From: Felis catus
Taxonomy: Eukaryota
Direction: 5' to 3'
Assembly: GCF_018350175.1 (NCBI RefSeq)
Contig: NC_058384.1
Span: 68,758,001-68,822,000, forward strand
DNA: 64,000 bases
A program made the position numbers and the translations under genes. Of the stretch, positions 34,901 through 46,039 are shown piece after piece. Below the pieces are notes generated by a model. It saw only the letters and a program-made list of their open reading frames with translations, was not told the origin of the DNA and made no database searches. How positions within the stretch are numbered: the stretch's first letter is position 1; every line of letters begins with the position of its first letter.

Positions 34901-37900
34901 TCACTGCCTGGTGCTGCAGATGATCTTCCCGCTACACTGGCAGTGCCCCTACATTCCGCTGTGCCCGCTGGCGCTGGCGGACGTGCTGAACGCCCCCGTG
35001 CCCTTCATCGTGGGCATCCACTCCAGCTACTTCGATCTACATGACCCACCTGCTGACGTCATCTGCGTGGATCTCGACACCAACACGCTGTTCCAGTAAG
35101 AGGGCCGGGCCTCCCCCCCCCCCCCCAACCCCGGGCTGGCGTGTGCCACGCCCCTGCTCACCAAGAGCCGGGGACAGACAGTGGGGGAGGCGGGACACGG
35201 GCCCCACCGCGCCTCCTTCCTGCTGCTTATCTCACAGGACCGAGGAGAAGAAGCCCCTCTCCCCTCGGACCCTGCCCCGCAGACCCTACAAGGTTCTGCT
35301 GGCTACGCTGACACACCTCTACCAGCAGCTGGACCAGAGTGAGAACCCTGTGGGGGCGGGGGGCTAAGCCCACGGGTAGGGAGGCCTGTAGAGAGCTAGG
35401 CCTTCCTCGAGGTCAGAGGTCGGGATCTCACCTGGTGGAAGTCGGCGAGAGGCCAGGCGGAGGACACCCGCGTTCCGAACGCCGGGGTGGGGGCGAACTC
35501 GTTCCCGGGGAGGCTGGAAACTGCCACCTGACGGGCGTGCTGGGAGCTGGCGTTGGCTCGGCAAGAGCGGGGGTCGAGGCTGGCCTGACTCGGGCTGCCC
35601 TGGTCCCCAGCGTACACTGGCCCCGAGGAAGAGGCGTCCTTGGAGTTCCTGCTGACGGACTACGAGGCCGTGTGCGGCCGCCGGGCCCGGCTGGAGCGCG
35701 AAGTCCAGGGAGCCTTTCTCCGCTTCATGGCGTGTCTGCTCAAGGGCTACCGGGACTTCCTGCGCCCCCTCACCCAGGCCCCCTCCGAGGGCGCTCGAGA
35801 TGTCGACAACCTCTTCTTTTTGCAGGGTAGTCGGGGCGTCTCGGGAGGGCTGTCCGGGGGCCGGGGGTCCCGGAGCCGCTTGCTTGCTCGTTCCTTCACT
35901 CGGCACACGTCTCAGTGGGCACAGGTCCGGGCCCTGCGCTCTCCTGGGCTTGGAGGGAGTCCCGGGCACAGAGACGCCCCGCCCCGCCCCGCCCTCGCGG
36001 ACATCCCCCCACCCCCGGTCTCAGGCAGGGGGTGCCGAGGGGGCTCGGGAAGGCTGTGGCCGGTACGTGACCCGTGACCCCGCCTGCCCCACGCTCCCCC
36101 CCCACCCCCACCCCCCCAGGCTTCCTCAAGTCCCGGGAGCGCTCCAGCCACAAGCTGTACTGCCAGCTGCTGCGCACACAGATGTTCTCGCAGTTCATCG
36201 AGGAGTGCTCCTTCGGCTCCGCCCGGCACGCCGCCCTGGAGTTCTTTGACTCGTGCGTGGACAAGGTACTGGGTGCCGTCCTTCCCTCGAGCCACCGCAG
36301 CCGCTCGACGCCCGGTCGGTACTGGGAATGCCATCCGTGCCCCACGTGTGGCTACTTCGGTTGCACACCTCCCTCCGGTTCTGACTCCACCCCCCCCCCC
36401 AGCTCGCTGCACCTCCCTCCGGTTCTGATTCCGTTGCCCCCCCCCCCCCCCCCCGTCCGCCCCACCTGCTGCACCTCCGGGGCCTGGGAAGTGGGGGGCA
36501 TGGGCCTTGCTGTGCCCTTCAGGGAGAGGCCGGGTCCTGGACACCCTGGCCCGTGCCCACTGTCGTGACCTCGCTCTCTCGCTTCCTGCTTCAGGTGCAC
36601 CCAGAGCAGGACAAGCCTGAGCCGACGCCCTTGGTGGAGCTGGAGGAGCTGTCGGGGAGCGAGCTCACCGTCTTTATCACCCCTCCCGAGGAGCCCCCAG
36701 CACCAGAGGGCAGTGAATCCGCCCCCCAGTACTGGTGAGGGCCTCTTATTCCAAGCCCCGCGGGCTGGCTTCGTGTCAGCTGCTCCTGATGTGGCCTCCC
36801 TCTGCCCCTCCAGCTACGACGGCTTCCCAGAGCTACGGGCCGAGCTGTTTGAGTCTCCTCAGGAGCAGCCCGGGGCTCTGCCCGTGCCGGGCCCGACCCG
36901 CAGTGCCCCCAACAGCCCTGCCCCCCGCCGTACCAAACAGGTAACTGGGACATGGGCCCCAGACACCCCTGACTCCGGCCATCTCCTCATCTGTGAAATG
37001 GATGGACTGGCGCCTCCGCTATTAGCCGGTGTCCGTGCGTTTGCACGCGAAAAGCACGTGAGACGTTAGCTGCCGTTACCGTTCCCGTCATCACGGTCGC
37101 TCTGTCCCGGCCAGTCTGGGAAGCCAGGGGCTTATTGCCTCTCCCGGGGCACCTGCCGGAGGGCCGGCCTGTCTGCCCGGGGCTGCAGGGCGGAAGCCTG
37201 AGTGCGGCACCCCTCCCGCCTCCTCGGAGCGCAGACCCTTGCTCAGGGAGGGGGGTGCTCCTGCCCCCCCCACCTTAAGACCTGTTTTGGCCTGGCGCTG
37301 TCCTCACCCAGGCGTCCCCGCCCCATCCAGGAGATGAAGGTGGCCCAGCGGATGGCGCAGAAGTCGGCGGCCGTGCCCGAGCTGTGGGCCCGGTGTCTGC
37401 TGGGGCACTGCTACGGGCTGTGGTTCCTGTGTCTGCCCGCCTACGTGCGGTCGGCGCCCTCCCGCGTGCAGGCTCTGCACACGGCCTACCACGTGCTGCG
37501 CCAGATGGAGAGCCGCAAGGTGGTGCTGCCGGACGAGGTGGGCCTCCGCGCCCCGCCGCGGGGCCAACCGCGCAGCCGTGGGGAGCCGGGCAGGTGTTCC
37601 GAACGTTCCCTGAGTGGGCGTGTTCAGGGCACGGCCGTGGGGACCGACCCTGCGTGTCAGCAGGAAGGGCGGAGACCCTGGGCGCCCCTGGGGACCCGTG
37701 GGGTCTGTGGGACGTGGGGAGGCTGCAAGAAGGTGCCTGCTGGGACCGGGGGGGGGGGGGGGGCTGGGAGGGACCCTCATCCTGCGCGCCTCCCGGCCCA
37801 GGTGTGTTACAGGGTGCTGATGCAGCTGTGCTCCCACTACGGGCAGCCCGTGCTGTCGGTGCGAGTCATGCTGGAGATGCGGAGGGCCGGCGTCGTGCCC

Positions 37901-40900
37901 AACACCATCACCTACGGCTACTACAACAAGGTGCCGAATCCGGCCAGGGTGGGGAGGGCGGGCGGTGGCCGGTGTGCCGCGGGGAGGGTGCTGCTCCCTG
38001 ACGCCCCCTTGGGGACCCGCCCCGTGACCGCTGTGTCCTCCCCCGTGCCGTGCCCGGAGCTCCTTAGCGCCCACACGGGGCTTCCTCCTACTTGGCCGCT
38101 TTCTCACTCTCCAGAGCCCCGACGAGGCGGCCGGGCAGGTACCGCCGTGACCCACCGGTAGCCGTGGGGTCAGCCGGTGAGCCGGGAGCTGCTCCAGGCC
38201 CGCCGCACGGTGCCCGTGTTTGAGCTCAGCACAACCCCATCGTCCCAGGCGGGCAGTGAGGGTGCAGAGGGCTGGTACCTCGTCCAGTGCCCCACGCCCC
38301 GGGAGGAGGTTTGGGGGGCTGGGTGTGAACACGGGGGCACGGGGTTGTTTCCTGCACTCAGGCCCTTAAGCGTGACCCTAAGCTGCCTCCTGCTTTTTAC
38401 ACGATGAAGCTAACGGCTGAGAAAGTGAAAAGATTTCTTCGAAGCCATATACTCGATAAGCAGCAGAGCCTGGGTGCAAACTGTCTGCGCCGTTTCTGGC
38501 TTCCTCCAGACTCCTCAGCGGCAGCTGCTGCTGATTCCCTCATCTGGGCTCTCGCTCCTGGCCGAGCCGTGGGCAGGACCCACCCAGGCAGGACGTCTGC
38601 AGGGGAAGGTGGCCCCTGGGTCCCGGGTGGCGTCCCTGAAACAGGCAGTGACCGTCAGGCCATCGTCGGGGCGTGGAAGTAGGCCATCTTGATGGGCGCT
38701 GTGCTTGGCAGGCTGTTCTGGAAAGCAAGTGGCTGTCTGGTACGCCGGGCGGACGCCTGCGCTGGGCCAAGCTCCGGAACGTTGTCCTGGGGGCCGCTCA
38801 GTTCCGCCAGCCCCTGAGGGAACGGCGGCGGCGGCAGCAGCAGGCGGCAGCGCCAGAGGCAGGCGGTGCCCAGACAGGTGGGTGGGGGCCGTGACAGGCT
38901 TGGGGACAGCAGCCAGGCTCCAGCAGAGAAGCGTGGGGGGCCAGGGCTGGCCTCGTGGTGGGCACTGGGTGTTCTGGGCACTCTGGGTGGGCTGCGCTTG
39001 GCCGGTAAAAAGGGGAGGATGTTCTGCCTGGGAGGGTCCCTGCGACCCCGGTCCATGCGGGGAGCCCTGTGTTGGAGTAGAGGGCTGGTCTCTAGGTGGC
39101 TGCCTCTTGGCCTCGTCCCCGTCTTTTGCAGAGCCTCGTCTGGAGCGTCACTCCCCTACCCGCCCGCTTCAGCGCCAGACCACTTGGGCTGGTCGAAGCT
39201 TTCGGGACCCAGCTTCACCCACAGGGCGCCTGGTGAAAAGCGGCAGCCTGGGCAGTGCCCGCGGGGCCCAGCCCACCGTGGAGGCCGGCGTGGCCCACAG
39301 TGAGTACCCTTGTCTGACCCCCAGTCGGCTTTCCTAAGCACTTGCCGGGAAGAGAGGGGTTCTCTGTGGGGGGCGCCGTGGAAGCTGGAGGACCTCGTCT
39401 GGGACTCCGTCGGCTGGGGGTGGGGGGGGTTGTGGCGCCAGAGTCCGGTCAGCCAGGGGCCGTGTCTCCCGACTTTTCTCTGCCCCGCAGTGATCGAGGC
39501 CTTGGGGGTCCTGGAGCCCCGGGGGTCCCCTGTGCCCTGGCGAGACGGAAGCCTCTCCGACCTGAGCTTGACCGGGGAGGAGCCGGCGCCTGGGGGCAGC
39601 CCGGAGGACTCGGGCTCTGCCCTGAGCACCCAGTCCACTGAGGCCCCGGAAGGGCTGAGTGGGCGGACGCCCAAGGCTGGTGGGCGTCAGGACGAGGCCC
39701 GCACCCCCAGACGAGGGCTGGGCACCCGCCTGCAACAGCTGCTCACCCCTTCCCGCCGCCCCCCTGCCTCGCGCGGCCCCCCGCCCGAGCTGCCCCCTGA
39801 CCCACCTCCCCCAGCCCGCCGCAGCCCCATGGACAGCCTCCTGCGCCCCCGAGAGCGCCCTGGATCCACTGCCTCTGAGGTAGCCGACGAGGGGAGGGTG
39901 CAGCTGTGGCGGCACCCGGGGGCCCAGGGAGGCTGCCAGTGGGGAGCCGGCCCCGGGGAGGCCCTAAGGGGGCTTTCTCCTGTGATGGCAGAGCTCAGCC
40001 TCTCTGGGCAGCGAGTGGGACCTCTCCGAGTCTTCTCTCAGTAGCCTGAGCCTTCGCCGGTCCTCAGAGCGCCTCAGTGACACCCCTGGGTCCTTGCAGC
40101 CGCCCTCCCTGGAAGTGAGGATGGCCCGCATCCCTCCATCAGAGGCGGGGGCAGGGGAGGTGGGAGGACGCTTCCCGAGCCTGGCGGGGTCCTCTCCCTG
40201 CAGATCCTGCTGTCCAGCTGCTCCCTGTGCCGGGCCTGTGACTCACTGGTGTACGACGAGGAGATCATGGCTGGCTGGGCACCTGATGACTCCAACCTCA
40301 ACACCGTCTGCCCTTTCTGCGCCTGCCCCTTCGTGCCCCTGCTCAGCGTCCAGACCCTGGATTCCAGACCCAGGTGCCCGAACCAGGGTGGGTGCTCCGG
40401 GAGGGATGGGGGGAGGGGAGTGGAGGCCCAAGGGCTGACCCCTCTTATCCCTCCACAGGGCCCCCAGCCCCAAGCCTGCCCCTGCCGGTGGCAGCAGAGA
40501 CGCTCCTGTCCCCGGGGGCCCAGGCCCTGTGCTCAGTGACCGCAGGCTGTGCCTCGCCCTGGATGAGCCCCAGCTCTGCAACGGGCACACGGGGGTAAGG
40601 GCTGGCGAGGAATTGGGTCTGCGTGTGTCGCCCAGCAGGGGGCACCGGGGGTGGTAGGGTGCGATGGGCATCGAGGGCATGGGGCATCTCAGAAGCTGCT
40701 GGACGTGGTGGCCCAGCGGGAACCCGGCACTGAGGATCGGGCCGCGATCCTCCCTGAACCACCCTCCCTCTTTGTGCCTGACAGGGCACCTCCCGGCGGG
40801 TGGAGGCTGGGGCCTGGGCGTATCTGAGCCCTCTGGTGCTGCGGAAGGAGCTGGAGTCGCTGGTGGAGAACGAGGGCAGTGAGGTGCTGGCATTGCCTGA

Positions 40901-42272
40901 GCTGCCGGCTGCCCACCCCATCATCTTCTGGAACCTTCTGTGGTATTTCCAGCGGCTGCGGCTGCCCAGTATTCTGCCCTGCCTGGTGCTGGCCTCCTGT
41001 GATGGGCCCCCACCCCCCCAGGTCAGTGCCCCCTGCCCCTGCTTCCTGAGCGCTCCTTCCCTCACCTCCCAGCTCTGCCCCTTGGGCTTCGGAGGTGGCA
41101 CCTGCTTTGACCCCTGGCCTTTTCACGCCACTACTCAGCCTCGATTCTCTCATCTGTAGAATGGCACAAGCATCCAGTGCCCGGGGCTGTCAGACATCTC
41201 GTGTACCGCCCAGCACCTGTCACAATGCCTCCTTGACATTTGTCTGTTCATCCCACCACATACGTACTGGGCACCCATTAGGTCCCGGGCAGCGTGTAGG
41301 CAGTAGTGACGCGGCGACTGCAGAGCAGAGAGCGTGCTCTCAGAGAGCCCGCGCTCTCGTGGGGGATGAGCGTTCCTTCCCTCTTCTCTCTGACCGCATC
41401 CCGGAACGCCGCTGGTCCAGGTCTCGTCCTCTGCCCGCCACCTCCTGAACCCGCCCCCTTCGTCTTGGCCCCTGCAGGCCCCGTCTCCCTGGCTGACACC
41501 TGACCCGGCGTCTGTGCAGGTGCGGCTGCTGTGGGATGTCCTGACCCCTGACCCCAGTAGCTGCCCACCTCTCTATGTGCTCTGGAGGGTCCACAGTGAG
41601 TCTGGTATTTGGCTTAGGCTGGGAAGGGGTGGCTTCCACGCCCCGAGGGCTTGGTAACCCCGGCTGCCTTCCTTCGTTTCGCGCAGGCCAGATCCCGCAG
41701 CGGGTGGTATGGCCAGGCCCCGTGCCCGCACCCCTTAGCATGGACCTGCTGGAGTCGGTGTTGCGCTATGTTGGTCTCAGCGAAGTACACAAAGCCGTGG
41801 GGCTCCTGCTGGAAACTCTGGGGCCGCCTCCCACAGGCCTGCATCTGCAGAGGTATGGTGCTCCCATCCGGGAGGTCCCTGGCCTCCTATCCTGGGCTCC
41901 GCAGTCATTTTCTCTCACTCGTCCCCTCTGCCTCCATTGCAGGGGCATCTACCGTGAGATCTTATTCCTGACAATGGCCGCTCTGGGCAAGGACCACATG
42001 GACATAGGTGAGGGAGCAGGCAGGGGACTGAGGAGGTGAAGGATCTGGGGCCAGGTGTTGCGGGGGGCGGGGGCGGGGGGCGCTGGGAATCCTGATCTGT
42101 TGACTCACCTCCACCCTCTTCCCTAGTGACCTTCGACAAGAGGTACAAGTCTGCCTTTAACAAGTTGGCCAGCAGCATGGGCAAGGAGGAGCTGCGGCAG
42201 CGGCGGGCACAGATGCCCACTGCGAAGGCCATCGATTGCCGGAAATGTTTCGGAGCACTTCTGGAATGCTAG
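31915..42272 (+). CDS. DENND4B: DENN domain-containing protein 4B (MABP, uDENN/cDENN/dDENN, PPR-like repeats; Rab GEF), 1483 aa
   Basis: 27 coding exons: 31915-32231, 32652-32904, 33100-33169, 33368-33537, 33612-33856, 34152-34218, 34320-34378, 34570-34714, 34920-35095, 35238-35338, 35611-35826, 36120-36265, 36595-36734, 36814-36940, 37331-37537, 37802-37930, 38712-38877, 39132-39299, 39491-39879, 39992-40114, 40204-40373, 40459-40594, 40785-41021, 41478-41595, 41687-41852, 41943-42007, 42127-42272. Total 4452 nt, all GT-AG and in phase. [48 protein letters not shown]. Confidence 0.96.
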
Positions 42273-43016
42273 GGACCCTTAAGCTTTCGTCTCCCACCTG
42301 GGGTGGGGAGGTGAGGGAGAAAGGGTTCCAGAGATAACCTGCTTCCCTACTCCTTCCATACAGGAGTTGGGGACGGCCTGGGAGGCAGGCCCAGCCATAG
42401 GCACCGAGTGCATGGGCAGCAGGAAGCGGGACCCACTGTGACCAAAAGTCACAGTCCCCTATCTGCGGCCTGCCCAGTGTGCTCACGCTGATGTTATAGG
42501 AGGTGGGGGGTGGCGTAGGGGAGTTGGCACAGTTCTGCTCTTCCCCAAATTGTACCAGGAACTCTCCTCCAGGGCACCCACAGATCTGCACCGCCCTGGT
42601 CACGTTACAAGTTTTTGTTTTAAAAAACAACTGGAAAAATACAGAGCTACTGAGCCTTTGCCCTGAATGGGAGGGAGGGATGTCATCCCACCAGTGATGG
42701 TTCTTCTTCCCCAGAATTGCCGAAGTAGCCCGAGGCTCTCCGTTACACCTTCCTACCTTAGTGTTTGTATTTTAAGTTATTTATTTTGGAGCCATAGCCC
42801 CTTGCTTAGGAGGCTCTTAGGGATGGTGAGAAAGAGAAGGGACACGGGGCAGCATGGTTCAGTGGCTTGTAGCTGCGGAAGAGGCAGGGGCCACCTAGAG
42901 GAGCCCCAGACCCCCTCAGGAAGAACTAAAGCCCCGTCCAGTCCAGTCCTTCCCGCCCAGGGCCCGGACCGTGCAATAAGGGTCGTTCCTTGCAAAGTTT
43001 TGTTGGATGTAAATAT

Positions 43017-43022
43017 AGTAAA
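43017..43022 (+). terminator. DENND4B: Probable DENND4B non-canonical polyA signal AGTAAA
   Basis: No AATAAA seen in the first ~750 nt of the 3'UTR. AGTAAA is preceded by TGTA and followed by a U/GU-rich tract. Confidence 0.55.
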
Positions 43023-45116
43023 AGCTGCTTCTGTCTTTTTCCTTCTGCGTCTTGTTTCCTGGATCTGGGACAGCGGTGGGGGATACCTTTTCTTTTTCCC
43101 CGACTGCACATCCTCCTTTCTGCTTCTCCATCCCTTTGCAGCCTCTGGGGTGGCCGGCTTTCCGGGACCAGGTCTGGTGCCGGTCCCCTGGGGCCCCGGG
43201 AGCTCTGAGAGCAAGAGAGGGGTGAGTCTGGCGCTGGCCGTGGTGGTGCCAGTCCGTGTGGCACTTCCGGCCCTCCCACACAATCGCCCCCTTGTCCCTC
43301 ATTTGTACCCCACACAAAGGCTCCATTCTCCGGGGGCCTTGAGCTCATCCCTGCCTCCTTTCCCTCTCGGCTTCTCCAGCACCGCCCCATAGGACGGCCC
43401 TCTCCCTGGTAGTTGGTGTTGGCCCTCTCATCGCCCTGGGCGCCCTGGCAGTGGTCCTAGGCCGCTTCAGCTGCTCTAGCCCCGGTTCCTACTCTTCCAG
43501 CCAGGGTCCCAGCCTGGGGACGGCGCCAGGAAGACAGGGGCGAGGACTGAGGCGCTCCCGGCACGTGGGCAACAGGGAGACGGGCCGCCTCGGAATTCTC
43601 CCTTTCCTGTATGATGAAATAAATTCCGGAAACAATAATTACCAAAGGGAATTAGCCAACAAAACAAATGCCTTGGGTCCTTCCCCGGAGGGCAGGAGTG
43701 TCAGCGGAGGAAGTAACTTATGTGAGGCTTTATGCAAATTCCTGGGAGTGGAGAACAGTGGCTGATGAGAGAAGTACTATCTCTAAATTCTGGAAGCTTC
43801 AAGCCACAGGACCGACCCTTCCCCATCCTGTGCCAAGCGTGGTAGGTGCTTTTCCAGGGCCCTAAAAGAGCTGCACGGGAGGGAAGCTGGGGCTTAGGAA
43901 ATGCCATCAGTCTTGCCAGAGACGAGGAGATGCCTTCTTCAGTGAGGAACCCTCACGTCACCCCAGCTTCTGACCAGACCTCATCTCCCAGAATCAACCT
44001 CTCCCTGTGTCTGCGGGGGAGCAACAGCCTTTCTGAAACACACGTTTTTGTTGAGTGTAGAGTGTCCAGCAGTGCGCTGAACCGTCTGGAGGTACAGAGA
44101 GAACTTTAGGGTTCTGTCCCTACCTTACGAGAGCATACAATCTCATTGGTCTAGAGTTCCCCTTGACTCACGATGATAATCATCCTTGTCTGCAGCTTAC
44201 ACCTCTCACCTAAGGGCTTCCTTCTAGACACCTACAGACAGATGGGACAGGACTCCAAAGTTCTTCAGACACGAATATCTGGAAATTCCAATAGCAAAGT
44301 ACTCACTGTGACGTCTGACAACTCGGTCCTGTGGCCTAGGGAGCTGTATGAGGGGAAGGATATGCCTAAATTACCTGGCTCAATTTCCTCCACCCACACT
44401 TTAGAGCAAGTAGGCTTGAGTGTGACAGAATTTCAATGAAATCTTGTCTCTGCCATTTACTAATTGTATTATATCAGCCAAATTAACTGCTGTGCCTCAT
44501 TTTTTCCTTGCCTGCAAACCGAGGAGATTATTCGTCGAGATTAGTTACATAAACCACATAAAGTGCTAAGCACGCTCCGTAAATGCTAGCTTCAAAAAGA
44601 GAACGAGCAAACAGGCAGTCTGCAGAGGGAAAGGTCAGGTCCGCTCCAACAGTGAGCCCTCGGAGGACACACGTCTTCCTTGGAGTTTGGGCACTCTAGA
44701 TTCAAAGTCCCCTCCACGGTCTTTCTGTTGAAAGGTATCTTCGTCAGGCCCGGCATCTTCGGCTACCATGCTCCCGGAGTCTGCTCTCGGCCAGACGGCA
44801 GAGAACGGGCAAAACAGGTTGGGGAAGGCCTGCGCCTTCAATGAGGGCTGTGACTTTGTCACAATTCTCCTGGATCCCCAGCACATGACAGGCCCTCTGT
44901 CTCGTATGTTAAGTAACTGAGGCAGCGAAGCCATCAACATGAGAAGCAATTATCAGTGCAGAGCAAGGTGGGAACAACAGGTAGACAGCAATAGAAGCTG
45001 AATTTGGAGCTAAGAGGGTGGCAGTGAGGAAAACTCTCACAATAGTTACCATTTATTACGTTCACTAAGTGCTTACTATATCCTTGGCACTGTTCGGAGC
45101 ATTTTAAGTGTACTAT

Positions 45117-45326
45117 TTTTTTGTTTTTAATTTTTCAATGTTTATTTTTGAGAGACAGCACGAGTGGGGGAGGGGCAGAGAGCGAGGGAGACACAGAATC
45201 CAAAGCAGGCCTCCAGGCTCTGTGCTGACAGCTCAGAGCCCAACGTGGGGCTGGAACCCACAAACTAGGAGAACGTGACCTGAGCCCAAGTCGGAGGCTC
45301 AACCGACTGAGCCACCCAGGCGCCCC
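45117..45326 (-). mobile_element. Can-SINE with TSD TAAGTGTA(C/G)TA, inserted in a MIR-like remnant
   Basis: Ends ..CTGAGCCACCCAGGCGCCCC; duplicated flanks at ~45105 and 45327. Confidence 0.9.
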
Positions 45327-45635
45327 TAAGTGTAGTAGTTTGAAATCCTCACGAGTACCCTATGAGCTGGGCGCTCTTCTCAGTACTCTCATTTTACACA
45401 TAGGGAAGACTGGGGCATAGAGAATAGAGATTAAGTCACTTGCATCCAAACCCTACAGCTGGTGAGAGGTATACAGCCCAGGCAGCCTGACTCCAGAGAC
45501 CACGTTCTTCATCTGGACCTTAGGAGCCAGAAATTTAAGAATGGGCGCACCCCTTTGCGTGGGCGTCCAGGGTCCACCTATCTTCATGGAGCATCCTCCA
45601 CCAGTTTCCTTTGCCTTGATTTCTAAAGGATTTGA

Positions 45636-45787
45636 GGGGCTCCTGGGTGGCTCGGTGGGTTAAGCGTCTGACTTCAGCTCAGGTCATGATTTTCACGGTT
45701 CCTGGGTTCCAGCCCCAGAGCCTGGAGCCTGCTTCAGTTTCTGTGCCTCCCCCCGCCCCCTCTAAAAAAATAAACATTAAAAAAAAG
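45636..45787 (+). mobile_element. Internally deleted Can-SINE with TSD AAAGGATTTGA
   Basis: SINEC head and tail present; TSD at 45625-45635 and 45795-45805. Confidence 0.85.
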
Positions 45788-46039
45788 TAGCAATAAAGGA
45801 TTTGAAAAGGACATTCTAGTGCTTCTGGAGCCAGTTACCCCTGGTTTCAAACCACTGCCTCCTCCGTAATTAAACGTCCGACCTTTGCAAGTAACTCAAC
45901 CTCTCTGAGCCCGACCCTGATGTACGTGGGTTCAGGCTTCAGCCCTGCCACTTAGCACGGGTGACTTTGGGCACGTTATGTCCCCGCCTGTACGCTGGAG
46001 ACAACACTATCTCCCTGGAGAGTTAGGAGCAATCAATGA

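Noticed and set aside
35054-35061. TGACGTCA in a DENND4B coding exon
   Set aside because: Explained by codons (A-D-V-I); no promoter context.
467-42272. Functional clustering (Rab with a Rab GEF; CREB-like factor with a CREB coactivator) as an operon-like system
   Set aside because: Matches the conserved mammalian gene order; each gene has its own promoter or polyA signal, and nothing in the sequence shows co-regulation.
42667-43392. 241-aa ORF in and after the DENND4B 3'UTR
   Set aside because: Crosses the probable polyA site; no homology recognised and no coding-like composition.
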